This document shows, in pieces, positions 20,236-29,915 of a stretch of 64,000 nucleotides of DNA. Position 1 is the stretch's first letter; the number at the start of each line of letters is the position of its first letter. The stretch spans positions 1,664,001 through 1,728,000 of the forward strand of contig OY970296.1 in assembly GCA_963716175.1 (NCBI GenBank), written 5' to 3'. Both the position numbers and the translations under genes were made by a program. Source of the stretch: an uncultured Armatimonadetes bacterium. GTDB lineage: Bacteria > Armatimonadota > Hebobacteria > Hebobacterales > Hebobacteraceae. The notes beneath the pieces are model-generated. The model was not told where the DNA came from. It ran no database searches and saw only the letters and a list, made by a program, of their open reading frames with translations.

Positions 20236-20309
20236 TCTAGGGAAGGTGAGTCTGGCCGAGGGGAGGCGAGCTATGCAGGGCAAGCTGGGGTGGCTGCTGG
20301 GTCTGGCCG

Positions 20310-20573
20310 CGCTGGGCGCGGAATGTTGAGAGGCGGGACGTCGGCTCCTTCTGGCTCCCAACGGCCACGGACAGATTCCACCCGGATTTCGTTGCGGTGC
20401 TGGAAGACGACCGCTTTATGGTGGCAGAGCACAAGGGCGAGCTCCTGTGGAGCACTGAGGACTCGAAGGAGAAGAGGGCCGTGGGGGATCTCTGGGCTGA
20501 GCGAAGTGGCGGCAAGTGCCTATTCCTGATGACGAGAGGGAAGGATTGGGGGGCCATCAGAGCCAGTCTGTAG
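20310..20573 (+). pseudogene. C-terminal nuclease fragment of a type III restriction (Res-like) enzyme
   Basis: Manual translation RWARNVERRDVGSFWLPTATDRFHPDFVAVLEDDRFMVAEHKGE...EKRAVGDLWAERSGGKCLF shows a PD-(D/E)xK pattern; no 5' start, in-frame stop at 20247. Confidence 0.75.
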
Positions 20574-20875
20574 CCTGCAGGGCGGACCAGCATGGCGCGT
20601 GCCTACTAGGCAGTATTGGAGGACCTAGTCAGCCGCGATCCGGGTATCCTCCGCCGCCGGGGAATGGGAAGCGGACGCGCGCCGACGCGACGGCTAGCGT
20701 GAGGAGACACTGCGGGTCGGATGACTCGTGGCACCGGACCTAACGCCAAGTCGCCTGATGCAGGGCACATGGCTTGTCTCTCTGACCCGCACGATGTATC
20801 ATGCCGCCTGACGGCTACAAGTTGCCTCCATTGCGGGCGCGGCGACAGGAGGCCAGCCTTCAGGGGCGCGGTGAC

Positions 20876-21826
20876 ATGCGCCGGTTTGGCGGACTGAAGT
20901 TCATCGGGGGCATAGGCATTGCCATGGCACTGCCTGCTGTTGTGCCCTTCGGCGGCTGGCAGACCAACCCCCTTCTGGGATGGTACCAGCACTGGTTCAG
21001 GCTCGTCTGTGAAGGTGGACTGGCGGCCGTTATTGCGCTCACTGTGTCCTGTCTTGTGAGACCTCAGCGTCCCCAGCGCCTCGCGATGCTTATCGGAGGC
21101 CTGGTCGGGTGCTGGGCGCTGGTGATCCCTCAGCTGCGCCAGTTGCGATCGATCATGGGGCCGTACCTGGGCACGTTCACGTTTTCCTACGGCGCCCACA
21201 AGGTCGGCGACGCCACCTTCGTTCTGGGCCACCTCACGACCAGGGTCCTTCCCATCATGGTCTCCTGCTGGATCGGGGCGGACTACTGGCGCGCTCGCTC
21301 TCGGTCGGAGTTCTGGCACGGGATAGGGGGCACCGCGCTCAAGGGTGGACTGATCGCCGCAGCGATCGCCTCGCTCATCGCTGAAGCGGTCTACTTCGGC
21401 AGCTTCATCGGCATCGCGGCCTATTCGAGGTTGACCGAGCCGCTCAGTCACCAGGTTCGCTCGTTCCCCTGGTGGTACACGTGGGCCTACGCATTGAGTG
21501 GCATGGCATGGGGCGCGGTAGTCGCGGCGGTCCTCGCCGCATGGCGTCCCTCGCCATGCCGTGGGGGGCTGATAGGTGGAGGGATAATGTTTGCCTTCTC
21601 CCTCCTCTGGCTGTGCATCTACCTGGGGAGGCTGTACAGCAGTCTGCCACCAGCTGAGTTGACGCTGTACGTGACCCCGGCGGTGCGATTCCTCCTCCAT
21701 GCTGCCGCCCCCTTGATCTGGGCGCTGTCCGTCGGAGCGATCGCGGGTTCCATCGCCGGCCGGTGGCGCGGTGCGGCTGACGGCCAAGCAACGCTTGCAG
21801 CGACCGCCGATGGCGGCGCTTGCTGA
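20876..21826 (+). CDS. Hypothetical multi-pass membrane protein
   Basis: Many hydrophobic segments; start uncertain. Confidence 0.55.
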   Translation: MRRFGGLKFIGGIGIAMALPAVVPFGGWQTNPLLGWYQHWFRLVCEGGLAAVIALTVSCLVRPQRPQRLAMLIGGLVGCWALVIPQLRQLRSIMGPYLGTFTFSYGAHKVGDATFVLGHLTTRVLPIMVSCWIGADYWRARSRSEFWHGIGGTALKGGLIAAAIASLIAEAVYFGSFIGIAAYSRLTEPLSHQVRSFPWWYTWAYALSGMAWGAVVAAVLAAWRPSPCRGGLIGGGIMFAFSLLWLCIYLGRLYSSLPPAELTLYVTPAVRFLLHAAAPLIWALSVGAIAGSIAGRWRGAADGQATLAATADGGAC

Positions 21827-21882
21827 ATGTCGCGAGGTAAGGGATGAGGCGGTCCAGTGGAAGCAGATACGGGGCAGTACCC

Positions 21883-23112
21883 ATGCGCAACAGAAGGCCG
21901 TGCTTTGCGCTCTGCATGGCTCTCGCGGCTGCGGTCTTTGCGGGCGTTGGATGCCGAGGGCCCGAGCGCACTCAGGTGACAGTGATCGGCGGCACGCAGC
22001 CGGCGAAAGCAGCAGCTCCGGCCGAAGGTCAGCGGCTCAACATCATGCCGGGCGCTCGGCTTTCCCCCGACGGCAAGATGCTGGCGACGGATGTGATGTC
22101 TGCCGTCAGGAATAGCCGCACTCATCAGTATGTGATGCAGGTGTGGTTCATGGACGCTGACAGCGGCCAGGTGCTGGCAATGACCGATCCCGCGGTGCAG
22201 TCTATGTTCTATCGCTGGGGCCCTGGCAACAGCTACCTGATGAGTGTAGAGCGTCCGGGCCATGCTTCACAGTTGGTCTGGGCGCGATCGCCCACTGAGG
22301 CCTACACCACAATCGCCCCGAACGACCGGACCCTGGGAGACAGGATTCGCGGCGTTAGCCCGCACTTCGATCCCCAGATGAAATGGGTGGTCGTTGAGGC
22401 GAGCCCTGTAGGAGCACCAGAGGACGACCCTGCGACGGAAGTGCTGGCAATCCCGCTTCGTGGTGGCAAGACGCACAGGATTCGGCGGGGCAAAGCTTTC
22501 GTAGGGGTGGGCGGCTTCGTGAACAATCCCCGGAAGCCGGAAATGCCCATGGTCTTGGTTGGTGGCCAGGTAGACGAGAAGGCATGCGGCTCGGAGGTGG
22601 CCGCTATCGCCATTCCCTCCGGCGCGGTGCTCTGGCGAGCACAGCTCAGCGACGATTCTGGAACCGTGGGAGAGATCCAGCCCTATGGGCCCGGGCAGGT
22701 GATCGTTCCTCTGACGATAGGTGAGTACATCACTCCCGGGTCAGGCATCCACACAGAGATATGGCAGATCGATCTCGCAACTGGACGGGCAAACTGGAAG
22801 GACGATATCCCAGCTGACTGCGATGCCCTGGTCGTGTTTCAGGGTCGGGATCGCGCCTCGATCTTCATGGCAAGCAGTTGGGATGTGTGGCAAATCGGCT
22901 TCGCTGGGTCAGGCACAGAGACGAGGAAGGTAGTAGACGGATCGATCAGTGCACGTCCTTGGGGACCCATTAGACGCATCTCCAATGGAGGCGTTGAAGC
23001 CTACTTCTGGAGCAGCCACTCCCTCTATCGATGCCATCTCGAAGCAGGGACGACTGATCTCTTCTGGGGACGTCGACTACTCAGTGATGACCCACCGCGT
23101 GTAGCGCGGTGA
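21883..23112 (+). CDS. Hypothetical lipoprotein, possibly a beta-propeller
   Basis: Signal-like N-terminus ending AGVGC; LSPDGK motif; codon usage less biased than flanking core genes. Confidence 0.55.
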   Translation: MRNRRPCFALCMALAAAVFAGVGCRGPERTQVTVIGGTQPAKAAAPAEGQRLNIMPGARLSPDGKMLATDVMSAVRNSRTHQYVMQVWFMDADSGQVLAMTDPAVQSMFYRWGPGNSYLMSVERPGHASQLVWARSPTEAYTTIAPNDRTLGDRIRGVSPHFDPQMKWVVVEASPVGAPEDDPATEVLAIPLRGGKTHRIRRGKAFVGVGGFVNNPRKPEMPMVLVGGQVDEKACGSEVAAIAIPSGAVLWRAQLSDDSGTVGEIQPYGPGQVIVPLTIGEYITPGSGIHTEIWQIDLATGRANWKDDIPADCDALVVFQGRDRASIFMASSWDVWQIGFAGSGTETRKVVDGSISARPWGPIRRISNGGVEAYFWSSHSLYRCHLEAGTTDLFWGRRLLSDDPPRVAR

Positions 23113-23555
23113 GGCGAAGAGAGGAGATCCATCTCGGTCGCAGGTTTGTACTGGGGCGCAGTTGACGGACGCATGGCCCGCTCACCCGCGCATTCTACTC
23201 TAGCGACCGCGGAACGGGAAGATGCTAGCTGCCTGACTGAGCTTAGACGTCAAGGCCTGGAGGTGCTCCGGCCAGCGCCTCCTTCGCCACCGAGATCGAG
23301 AGCAACGGTTCCGGCCCGTTCGCGGCACCGACCCGGAGTGCTATGTTTCTTTGGGCTGGCGATGTAGAAAGCGCTGCGTCCGGGCAGAGCCGAACGCAGC
23401 GCGGACCAGGGGCACGCAGAGGCGTGTCCGCCATTCTTATGCCACATTGGGACGGGTTTTGACCATCCGGCCTCACCGCAGAGGCGCAGAGGGGGATACC
23501 GCACCGCGGTCGCGGCTGGTTCGACACCGCGTCGGGTAAGTGCTAGAATCTCTTC

Positions 23556-24695
23556 GTGCAAGCTGAGCGCTCCCAACTGAAGGGCGCCTCCCGGGTCGTG
23601 ATCAAGCTGGGCTCGAGGGTGGTGACCACGGCCGAGGGGGCGGTGGACGAAGCCCATCTCGCCCACCTCGCGGAGCAAGTGGTCGAGCTGGCGCGAGCGG
23701 GCAAGCAGATCGTGCTGGTGACGAGCGGCGCCATCCGGACCGGCCGGCACAGCCTGGGGATCAGCGATCAGAGCCTCGATCTCCCCGCCCGCCAGGCGAC
23801 GGCGGCGGTGGGGCAGATCGAGCTGATGTGGCGCTACCGGGAGATCTTCGGCCAGTTCGGACAGCCCATCGCCCAGGTGCTGCTGACCCAGGCGGAACTC
23901 TCGGACTTCCGGCGCTACCTCCATCTGCGGAACACGCTGAGCACGCTGCTCGGCGAATACCACGTGATCCCGGTGCTGAACGAGAATGACTCGGTATCGG
24001 CGGAAGGGGTGCAGATCGGGGAGAACGATCGGCTGGCGGCAGTGGTGGCCTCGAAGCTGGACGCCGATGTGCTGCTCTCCCTGTCTGATGTCGCCGGGTA
24101 CTACAGCGGCGATCCGCACCACGACCCGAAGGCGCAGCTGATCCCGGTGGTGCGAGAGATCACCCGGGAGATGGAACAGGCAGCGTGCGACTCGGAGGGG
24201 TCGGCGGGGCGAGGCGGGATGCGCACCAAGGTGGAATCGGCGAAACTGGCGATGAGTGCCGGCGTGGTGATGGTGATCGCGGGCGGGCGGGAGCCGTTCG
24301 TGATCCGCCGGATCATGGCGGGGGAGGAGATCGGGACTATCTTCCTGCCCAAGCCGGCGAAGATGCGGTCGCGCAAGCGCTGGATCGGGTTCGCCAGGGT
24401 GCCCAAGGGCAGGCTGCTGGTGGACGCGGGGGCGGCCCAGGCCTTGACCGCTGGCGGGAAGAGCCTGCTGCCGGTCGGGGTGCTGGAGGTGGAGGGTGAG
24501 TTCCAGGCCGGGGACATGGTATCTGTGGTGACAGAGGCGGAGGGGGATCGCCGCGAGGTGGCGCGGGGGCTGGTCAACTACGCCGCGGGGGACCTGCGCA
24601 AGATCCAGCGCTGTAAGTCGAAGGATATCGTGAAGCGGCTGGGGCATCGGGATTTCGACGAGGCGATTCACCGGGATAACCTGGTGGTGCTGTAA
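23556..24695 (+). CDS. proB: Glutamate 5-kinase
   Basis: VIKLGS, VTSGA, NEND, GENDRL, GGMRTK; C-terminal PUA domain and IHRDNLV. Confidence 0.95.
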   Translation: MQAERSQLKGASRVVIKLGSRVVTTAEGAVDEAHLAHLAEQVVELARAGKQIVLVTSGAIRTGRHSLGISDQSLDLPARQATAAVGQIELMWRYREIFGQFGQPIAQVLLTQAELSDFRRYLHLRNTLSTLLGEYHVIPVLNENDSVSAEGVQIGENDRLAAVVASKLDADVLLSLSDVAGYYSGDPHHDPKAQLIPVVREITREMEQAACDSEGSAGRGGMRTKVESAKLAMSAGVVMVIAGGREPFVIRRIMAGEEIGTIFLPKPAKMRSRKRWIGFARVPKGRLLVDAGAAQALTAGGKSLLPVGVLEVEGEFQAGDMVSVVTEAEGDRREVARGLVNYAAGDLRKIQRCKSKDIVKRLGHRDFDEAIHRDNLVVL

Positions 24696-24699
24696 AGCG

Positions 24700-24755
24700 A
24701 ATCCGCAGATTACGCAGATTGCGCAGATAAAGGGCGGGTCCGCGACCCGCCCTAC
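24700..24755 (+). repeat. (CGCAGATTN)x3 tandem followed by a REP-like palindrome
   Basis: aatccgcagattacgcagattgcgcagat then agggcgggtc-cgc-gacccgccctac. Confidence 0.75.
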
Positions 24756-24777
24756 GGAGGGGGGAGGCGGCTGGAAG

Positions 24778-25869
24778 ATGGCGGTGCCGCGGGGCCAGCG
24801 GATCCTGATGCGGGGCAATGAGGCGATCGCGCAAGGCGCGATAGATGGCGGGTGTCGCGCCTTCTTCGGTTACCCCATCACCCCGCAGAACCAGATCCCG
24901 GACTACTTCGCACTCCACATGCCAGCGGCGGGGGGCGTGTTTCTGCAGGCCGAGAGCGAAGTGGCCGCGATCAACATGGTGTACGGGGCGGCCGCAGCCG
25001 GGGTGCGGGCGATGACCGCCTCCTCCAGCCCCGGCATCAGCTTGAAGCAAGAGGGCATCTCCTATCTCGCCGAGGCAGAGCTTCCGTGTGTGATCGTGAA
25101 CATCATGCGGGGCGGGTCGGGGCTGGGCAATATCGCGCCCTCCCAGTCCGATTACTTCCAGGCGGTGAAGGGCGGCGGGCACGGCGACTACCGCACCCTG
25201 GTGTTCGCGGCCTGGTCGGTGCAGGAGCTGTACGACCTGACGCGAGAGGCCTTCGAGGTCGCCGACCGCTACCGCAGCCCGGTGCTGGTGCTGGGCGACG
25301 CGGTGCTGGGCCAGATGATGGAGCCGGTGGTGCTGCCGGAGCGAGTGGTGGACCCGGCGGCCTTGCCTCGCAAGCCGTGGGCGACAGATGGCGCCAAGGG
25401 CCGGCGGCGCAACATCATCAACTCCCTCTACATCAACCCGCCTGACCTGGAGCAGGTCAACTTGCGCCTGCAGGCCCGCTACGAGGCGGCGGCGCGGGAG
25501 GTGTGCTGGGAGGGTGAGCATCTGGAGGGGGCCGAGCTGGCGATCGTGGCCTACGGTACGGCAGCCAGGGTGGCCACGACCGCCATCGCGCAGGCGCGAG
25601 CGGCCGGCATTCGGGTGGGTCTGTTTCGGCCTATCAGCCTGTTCCCTTTCCCCAGCCGACAAATTGCGGAGCTGGCGACGCGGGTGAAACAGATGCTGGT
25701 GGTGGAGCTGAGCCTGGGGCAGATGGTGGAGGATGTGCGGCTGGCGGTGGAGGGGCGCTGCCCGGTGCAGCTCTACGGGCGCACTGGTGGGGTGGTGGCG
25801 ACTCCGGCGGAAGTGTTGGCCGAGGTGGAGCGCGTGGCGGAAGAGGCCGGCTGTGGACGTGTCTGCTGA
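24778..25869 (+). CDS. 2-oxoacid:ferredoxin oxidoreductase alpha subunit (VorB-like)
   Basis: [37 protein letters not shown]. Confidence 0.92.
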   Translation: MAVPRGQRILMRGNEAIAQGAIDGGCRAFFGYPITPQNQIPDYFALHMPAAGGVFLQAESEVAAINMVYGAAAAGVRAMTASSSPGISLKQEGISYLAEAELPCVIVNIMRGGSGLGNIAPSQSDYFQAVKGGGHGDYRTLVFAAWSVQELYDLTREAFEVADRYRSPVLVLGDAVLGQMMEPVVLPERVVDPAALPRKPWATDGAKGRRRNIINSLYINPPDLEQVNLRLQARYEAAAREVCWEGEHLEGAELAIVAYGTAARVATTAIAQARAAGIRVGLFRPISLFPFPSRQIAELATRVKQMLVVELSLGQMVEDVRLAVEGRCPVQLYGRTGGVVATPAEVLAEVERVAEEAGCGRVC

Positions 25870-26626
25870 GCAGCGAGTGGTGTTCACGCGGCCGCGGGCG
25901 CTGGAGCCGGTGCGGCTGCACTATTGCCCTGGCTGCACCCACGGCCTGGCCCATCGTCTGGTGGCAGAGGCGCTGGACGAGTTCGACTTGCTGGAGCGGG
26001 CGGTGGGGATCGCGCCGGTGGGGTGTGCGGTGTTCGCCTACGACTATTTCGCCTGCGACATGGTGGAGGCAGCGCACGGGCGCGCCCCGGCGGTGGCCAC
26101 CGGGATAAAGCGAGTGCGCCCCGACTTGTTCGTGTTCACCTACCAGGGGGATGGAGATCTCGCCTCCATTGGCATGAGCGAGACTATCCATGCCGCGGCC
26201 AGAGGCGAGAACATCACCATCATCTTCATCAACAACGCGGTCTACGGTATGACTGGGGGCCAGATGGCGCCCACTACGCTGCCCGGCCAGAGGACGAGCA
26301 CCACTCCACACGGGCGCGATCCCAGGGTGGCCGGCAACCCGATCCGGGTGTGCGAGCTGCTCAGCGCGCTGGAGGGGCCGGCCTACCTGGCGCGGGTGGC
26401 GGTGACCAGCCCGCGCCGGATGCGGGAGGCGAAGCGGGCGGTGCGAAAGGCGTTTCAGGCGCAGCTTCAGGGCCTGGGGTTCGCGCTGGTGGAAGTGCTC
26501 TCCACCTGCCCAACGCGGTGGGGACTGCCTCCAGATAAGGCGATCGCCTGGCTGGAGGAGAACATGGTGCCGTATTACCCCCTGCGGGAATTCGTGGTGG
26601 CCGAGCCCTTGCGAGACGAGGCATGA
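25853..26626 (+). CDS. 2-oxoacid:ferredoxin oxidoreductase beta (TPP-binding) subunit
   Basis: [15 protein letters not shown]...[20 protein letters not shown]. Confidence 0.92.
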   Translation: MDVSAEQRVVFTRPRALEPVRLHYCPGCTHGLAHRLVAEALDEFDLLERAVGIAPVGCAVFAYDYFACDMVEAAHGRAPAVATGIKRVRPDLFVFTYQGDGDLASIGMSETIHAAARGENITIIFINNAVYGMTGGQMAPTTLPGQRTSTTPHGRDPRVAGNPIRVCELLSALEGPAYLARVAVTSPRRMREAKRAVRKAFQAQLQGLGFALVEVLSTCPTRWGLPPDKAIAWLEENMVPYYPLREFVVAEPLRDEA

Positions 26627-27189
26627 GCAATCGCGGCCCGCATCACGAGGTGCTGATCGCGGGATTCGGAGGGCAGGGAGTGGTGCTGGCGGGCCGGCTG
26701 CTGGCCACCGCGGCCTTGAATGAAGAGCGCGAGGTGGTGTGGGCGCCGTCTTACGGGCCGGAGATGCGGGGCGGCCCGGTCCACTGCACGGTGATCGTGT
26801 CGTCCGAACGCATCGGATCACCCGAGGTCTCGCTCGCGGACTGCCTGGTGATCATGGATCGCGCTTCCCTGGAGCGGTTCTCCCAACGCGTGAAGCCCGG
26901 CGGGCTGCTGGTGCTGAACAGCTCCCTGATCTCTGAGAGGCCGCAGGAGAACGAGTGCGGGGTGCTGATGATCCCGGCGAACGGGGTGGCCGAGGAGCTG
27001 GGGAATCTGCGGGTGGCGAATGTGGTGATGCTGGGGGCCCTGTTGAGCCAGCGCCCGGTGGTGGCGCCGGCCAGCCTGGAGGAAGCGATACGGTCTGTGG
27101 GCGCGGAGGCGAAGACAGGGGACGAGTTGATCGAGTTGAACTTGAGGGCGCTGGCGAGGGGGAGGGAGCTGGGGCGGGAAGTGGCCTGA
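26623..27189 (+). CDS. 2-oxoacid:ferredoxin oxidoreductase gamma subunit
   Basis: [25 protein letters not shown]. Confidence 0.92.
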   Translation: MSNRGPHHEVLIAGFGGQGVVLAGRLLATAALNEEREVVWAPSYGPEMRGGPVHCTVIVSSERIGSPEVSLADCLVIMDRASLERFSQRVKPGGLLVLNSSLISERPQENECGVLMIPANGVAEELGNLRVANVVMLGALLSQRPVVAPASLEEAIRSVGAEAKTGDELIELNLRALARGRELGREVA

Positions 27190-27205
27190 CCGGTGAGGCC
27201 GTTCT

Positions 27206-27382
27206 GTAGGGCGGCCATGCGTCCCAGAGCGAGAGCGAAGGGGCGCATAGCCGGCGAGAGCCTTGGGGTGGTGGCAGGGCCAGCCCCTGCCCGAGGAGCA
27301 ATGCGGCGGCGATGCCTCCTGCTTCTGGAAAGCACTCGGCATGGCCGCCCTACAACAGGCACAGGTTGGTAGCCTGTGCTAC
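27206..27382. repeat. Paired GTAG REP-like elements (REPIN-like)
   Basis: tgtagggcggccatgc ... gcatggccgccctaca inverted pair, then acaggttggtagcctgtgctac. Confidence 0.7.
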
Positions 27383-27951
27383 TTTTGCTTCTGTCGCTCC
27401 AGTAGCATCTGCGTCTTGAGGATCAACACGCAGGAGGCGGCGTGGGTGATCTCGCCCCTGAGCACCGCGCGCAGGGCATCCTCGAAAGGCATTTTCACCA
27501 GGTCCAGCCGTTCGCCGGCCTCGGGGGCGCGGCGGGTCTGGGAGAGGTTGCGAGCCAGGAAGAGATGGTTCGGGGCGTTGACGATGGTGGTGAAGGGGTT
27601 GACCAGGCCCATGTCAACCCACTCCGAGGCGACGAGACCGGCCTCTTCGCTGAGTTCCCGCAAGCCGGCCATTTCCGGAGTCTCCCCGGATTCGATGGCG
27701 CCGCTGACCGCTTCCAGGGTCTGTTCGCCGAGGGCATACTTGAACTCGCGCACGAGGTAGACCTCGCCGGAGGGCTCCATCGCCAGCACGGTGACACCCG
27801 GCCTCATGGTCACCACGCCGAGAAGCGTCTCCTCGCCCCCCGCGGTGCGGAGGCGGTCTTCCCGCAGCCTGAGCCACGGGTTCTCGTACACGGGGCGAGA
27901 ATGCAGGACGGTGTAAGGCCCGACATAGCGTGCGCCCGGAGGGAAAGTCAT
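27379..27951 (-). CDS. NUDIX hydrolase (ADP-ribose pyrophosphatase-like)
   Basis: GAIESGETPEMAGLRELSEEAG Nudix box; start uncertain. Confidence 0.88.
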   Translation of the reverse strand: MTFPPGARYVGPYTVLHSRPVYENPWLRLREDRLRTAGGEETLLGVVTMRPGVTVLAMEPSGEVYLVREFKYALGEQTLEAVSGAIESGETPEMAGLRELSEEAGLVASEWVDMGLVNPFTTIVNAPNHLFLARNLSQTRRAPEAGERLDLVKMPFEDALRAVLRGEITHAASCVLILKTQMLLERQKQK

Positions 27952-28066
27952 GGATTGCTGGCTCCACGGAGCGATTGGCCACAGGTCTTCTGTGACCATC
28001 GGAGAAGACCTGCGTGACTCCGGCAGCAGGCTGTCTGGCGGAGAGAGCAGCCCTAGGAGATAGCGC

Positions 28067-28822
28067 ATGAGCACTAACACACGACGAGATTTCCTGCGAA
28101 GGGGAGGCGCCCTGGTGGCCGTGGCAGTGGCTGGCCCCGGTGCCTTGCTGGCGCAAGTGGCGCCGCGGGAGGCGGGGCCGAAGGTGACCGCCCTGGAGGA
28201 TCTGATGCGGGAGCACGGCCTGCTCGCCCGCATCCTGCTGATCTATGAGCGACTGCGGATAGGCTTGGGCAGCCCAGAGCCCTTCCCTGCAGAAACGCTC
28301 ACCGCAGCGGCCGACTTCGTCCGCTCCTTCGTGGAGGACTATCACGAGAAGCTGGAGGAAGACCACGTGTTCCCGCGGTTCGAGAAGGCGGGCCAGCTGA
28401 CAGACCTGGTGGCGGTGCTGCGCGCGCAGCACCAGGCGGGGCGGCACATGACCGACCTGATCAAGGGCCACCCACCGCTGGATCGCCCCTCGGTGCGAAG
28501 GCGGCTGTCCAGCCAGCTCCGCGCCTTCGTCACCATGTACCGCCCTCACAAGGCGCGGGAGGACACGGTGCTGTTCCCGGCCTTTCATGCTCTGATCTCA
28601 CCGAAGGAATACGCGGCCCTGGGGGACGAATTCGAGAACAGAGAGCAGGCCCTGTTCGGGAGGGGCGGGTTCGAGAAGATGGTGCAGATGATCGCCGAGC
28701 TGGAGAAGAAGCTCGGCATCTACGAACTGGCGGAGTTCACCCCCAAGGGTGTGACACGCGGGCAGCCTGGGCGACCGCAAAGAAGGGTCACGCCGCGGCC
28801 GGCTCCAGCCGCTCCAGCTTGA
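28067..28822 (+). CDS. Hemerythrin-like (HHE) domain protein with Tat signal
   Basis: TRRDFL twin-arginine motif; EHG, YHEKLEE, QHQAGR, H.AREDTVLFP. Confidence 0.85.
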   Translation: MSTNTRRDFLRRGGALVAVAVAGPGALLAQVAPREAGPKVTALEDLMREHGLLARILLIYERLRIGLGSPEPFPAETLTAAADFVRSFVEDYHEKLEEDHVFPRFEKAGQLTDLVAVLRAQHQAGRHMTDLIKGHPPLDRPSVRRRLSSQLRAFVTMYRPHKAREDTVLFPAFHALISPKEYAALGDEFENREQALFGRGGFEKMVQMIAELEKKLGIYELAEFTPKGVTRGQPGRPQRRVTPRPAPAAPA

Positions 28823-29097
28823 AGATGACCGGACGGAAGCCGTCGCTGCAGCAGGCGACAGTGACTCCAGGCCCGGCTTCCGATGAAATCCCCGCCCCGG
28901 GCGAGGGTGAGCACGTACTTCTGGATATCGCACCAGGCCCAGCTACAGAAGCCCAGGGGCATGTTCGCGCCCTCTGAGATGAATTCCTGGCCCTCACTCA
29001 ACCGCTCGCAAGGCTCCCAGATATGGGTGGCATAGCGGGCGAGCAGGTCCTCGTGGCGGGTGCGCCTGAGGACGGTGATCTTGATCTTGGCATCCAT
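28788..29097 (-). CDS. TIGR04076-family Cys-rich protein, frameshifted at ~28872
   Basis: KITVL...C...FCSWAW in one frame and ACCSDGFRPVIFKLER in another; removing one G from CCGGGCC joins them. Confidence 0.75.
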
Positions 29098-29298
29098 GCT
29101 GCGCCTCCGCCAGGGGGTCCTGGGTCGAGCCCAACTTTCCCCATGACGACGGGCGACACCTGCGGCTGGGGAGTGGCAAGAAGGGTGGGTTTTGCCGCAG
29201 GTGGGCTGTGAGAGGCGTTAGAAGGTTGTAGGGGCGTGTGGTAAGGTCTAGGCGGAAACGTGGGGGCAGAGCAGCCCCAGCAAAGGAGGCGTGCCCAA

Positions 29299-29589
29299 AT
29301 GGACGTGGTGTTCGTCACCAAGAGTGGAATGGTTAAGCGAACCAAGGCGGAGGAGTTCAGAGAGCAAGGACGCGGGGGCGGCGGGATCACTGCGGTGGGG
29401 GTGGGCGACGGCGACCAGGTGGTCGGGGCGGTGGCTCTGAGCGGCCAGAGCGTGATGGTGGTCACTGCCGGCGGCACCGCTATCCGGTTCTCGGCGCAGG
29501 AGCTGCGGGCCATGGGCCGGGGCGCACAGGGAGTGCGGGGCATCCGGCTGAAGGAAGGCGACAAGGTCGTTGCTGTAGTGGCCGTCTAG
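29299..29589 (+). CDS. Stand-alone DNA gyrase A C-terminal beta-pinwheel repeat protein (two blades)
   Basis: 96 aa: VTKSGMVKRT...FREQGRGGGG and VTAGGTAIRF...MGRGAQGVRGIRLKEGDKVV; [11 protein letters not shown]. Confidence 0.85.
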   Translation: MDVVFVTKSGMVKRTKAEEFREQGRGGGGITAVGVGDGDQVVGAVALSGQSVMVVTAGGTAIRFSAQELRAMGRGAQGVRGIRLKEGDKVVAVVAV

Positions 29590-29915
29590 CCGGCCTTGGG
29601 AACCGGTGGTCGGGGGTTAGTCCGCCTCGCTACGTCGGAGCGGACGATAAGCGCCGTGGAGTGAGCCAGTTCGCTCCACGGCGCGGTGTTTCTGGGGGGG
29701 ACCGGAATGCGCTTCATCTGCAATCACTGGCAGGGGAACAGGCGATCTGCGGGCGCGATGGGGCAGCGGACCCCAGGCGGGCATGGGGAGCCTACTCCGC
29801 CGAAGCAGCCGAGTCTACTCCGGCTACGAAGGCTGGATGCTCGCCCTGCAGAGGTCGCGTGGTAGGTGAACTCCCCTCAGGCGCCGTAGTATCTGTGCGG
29901 ACCAGGAGGGCGGTG

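Noticed and set aside
19995-23112. Integron attC sites with gene cassettes
   Set aside because: The hairpins are adjacent rather than one per gene, most lack RYYYAAC/GTTRRRY ends, and the window's recombinases show no recognisable IntI features.
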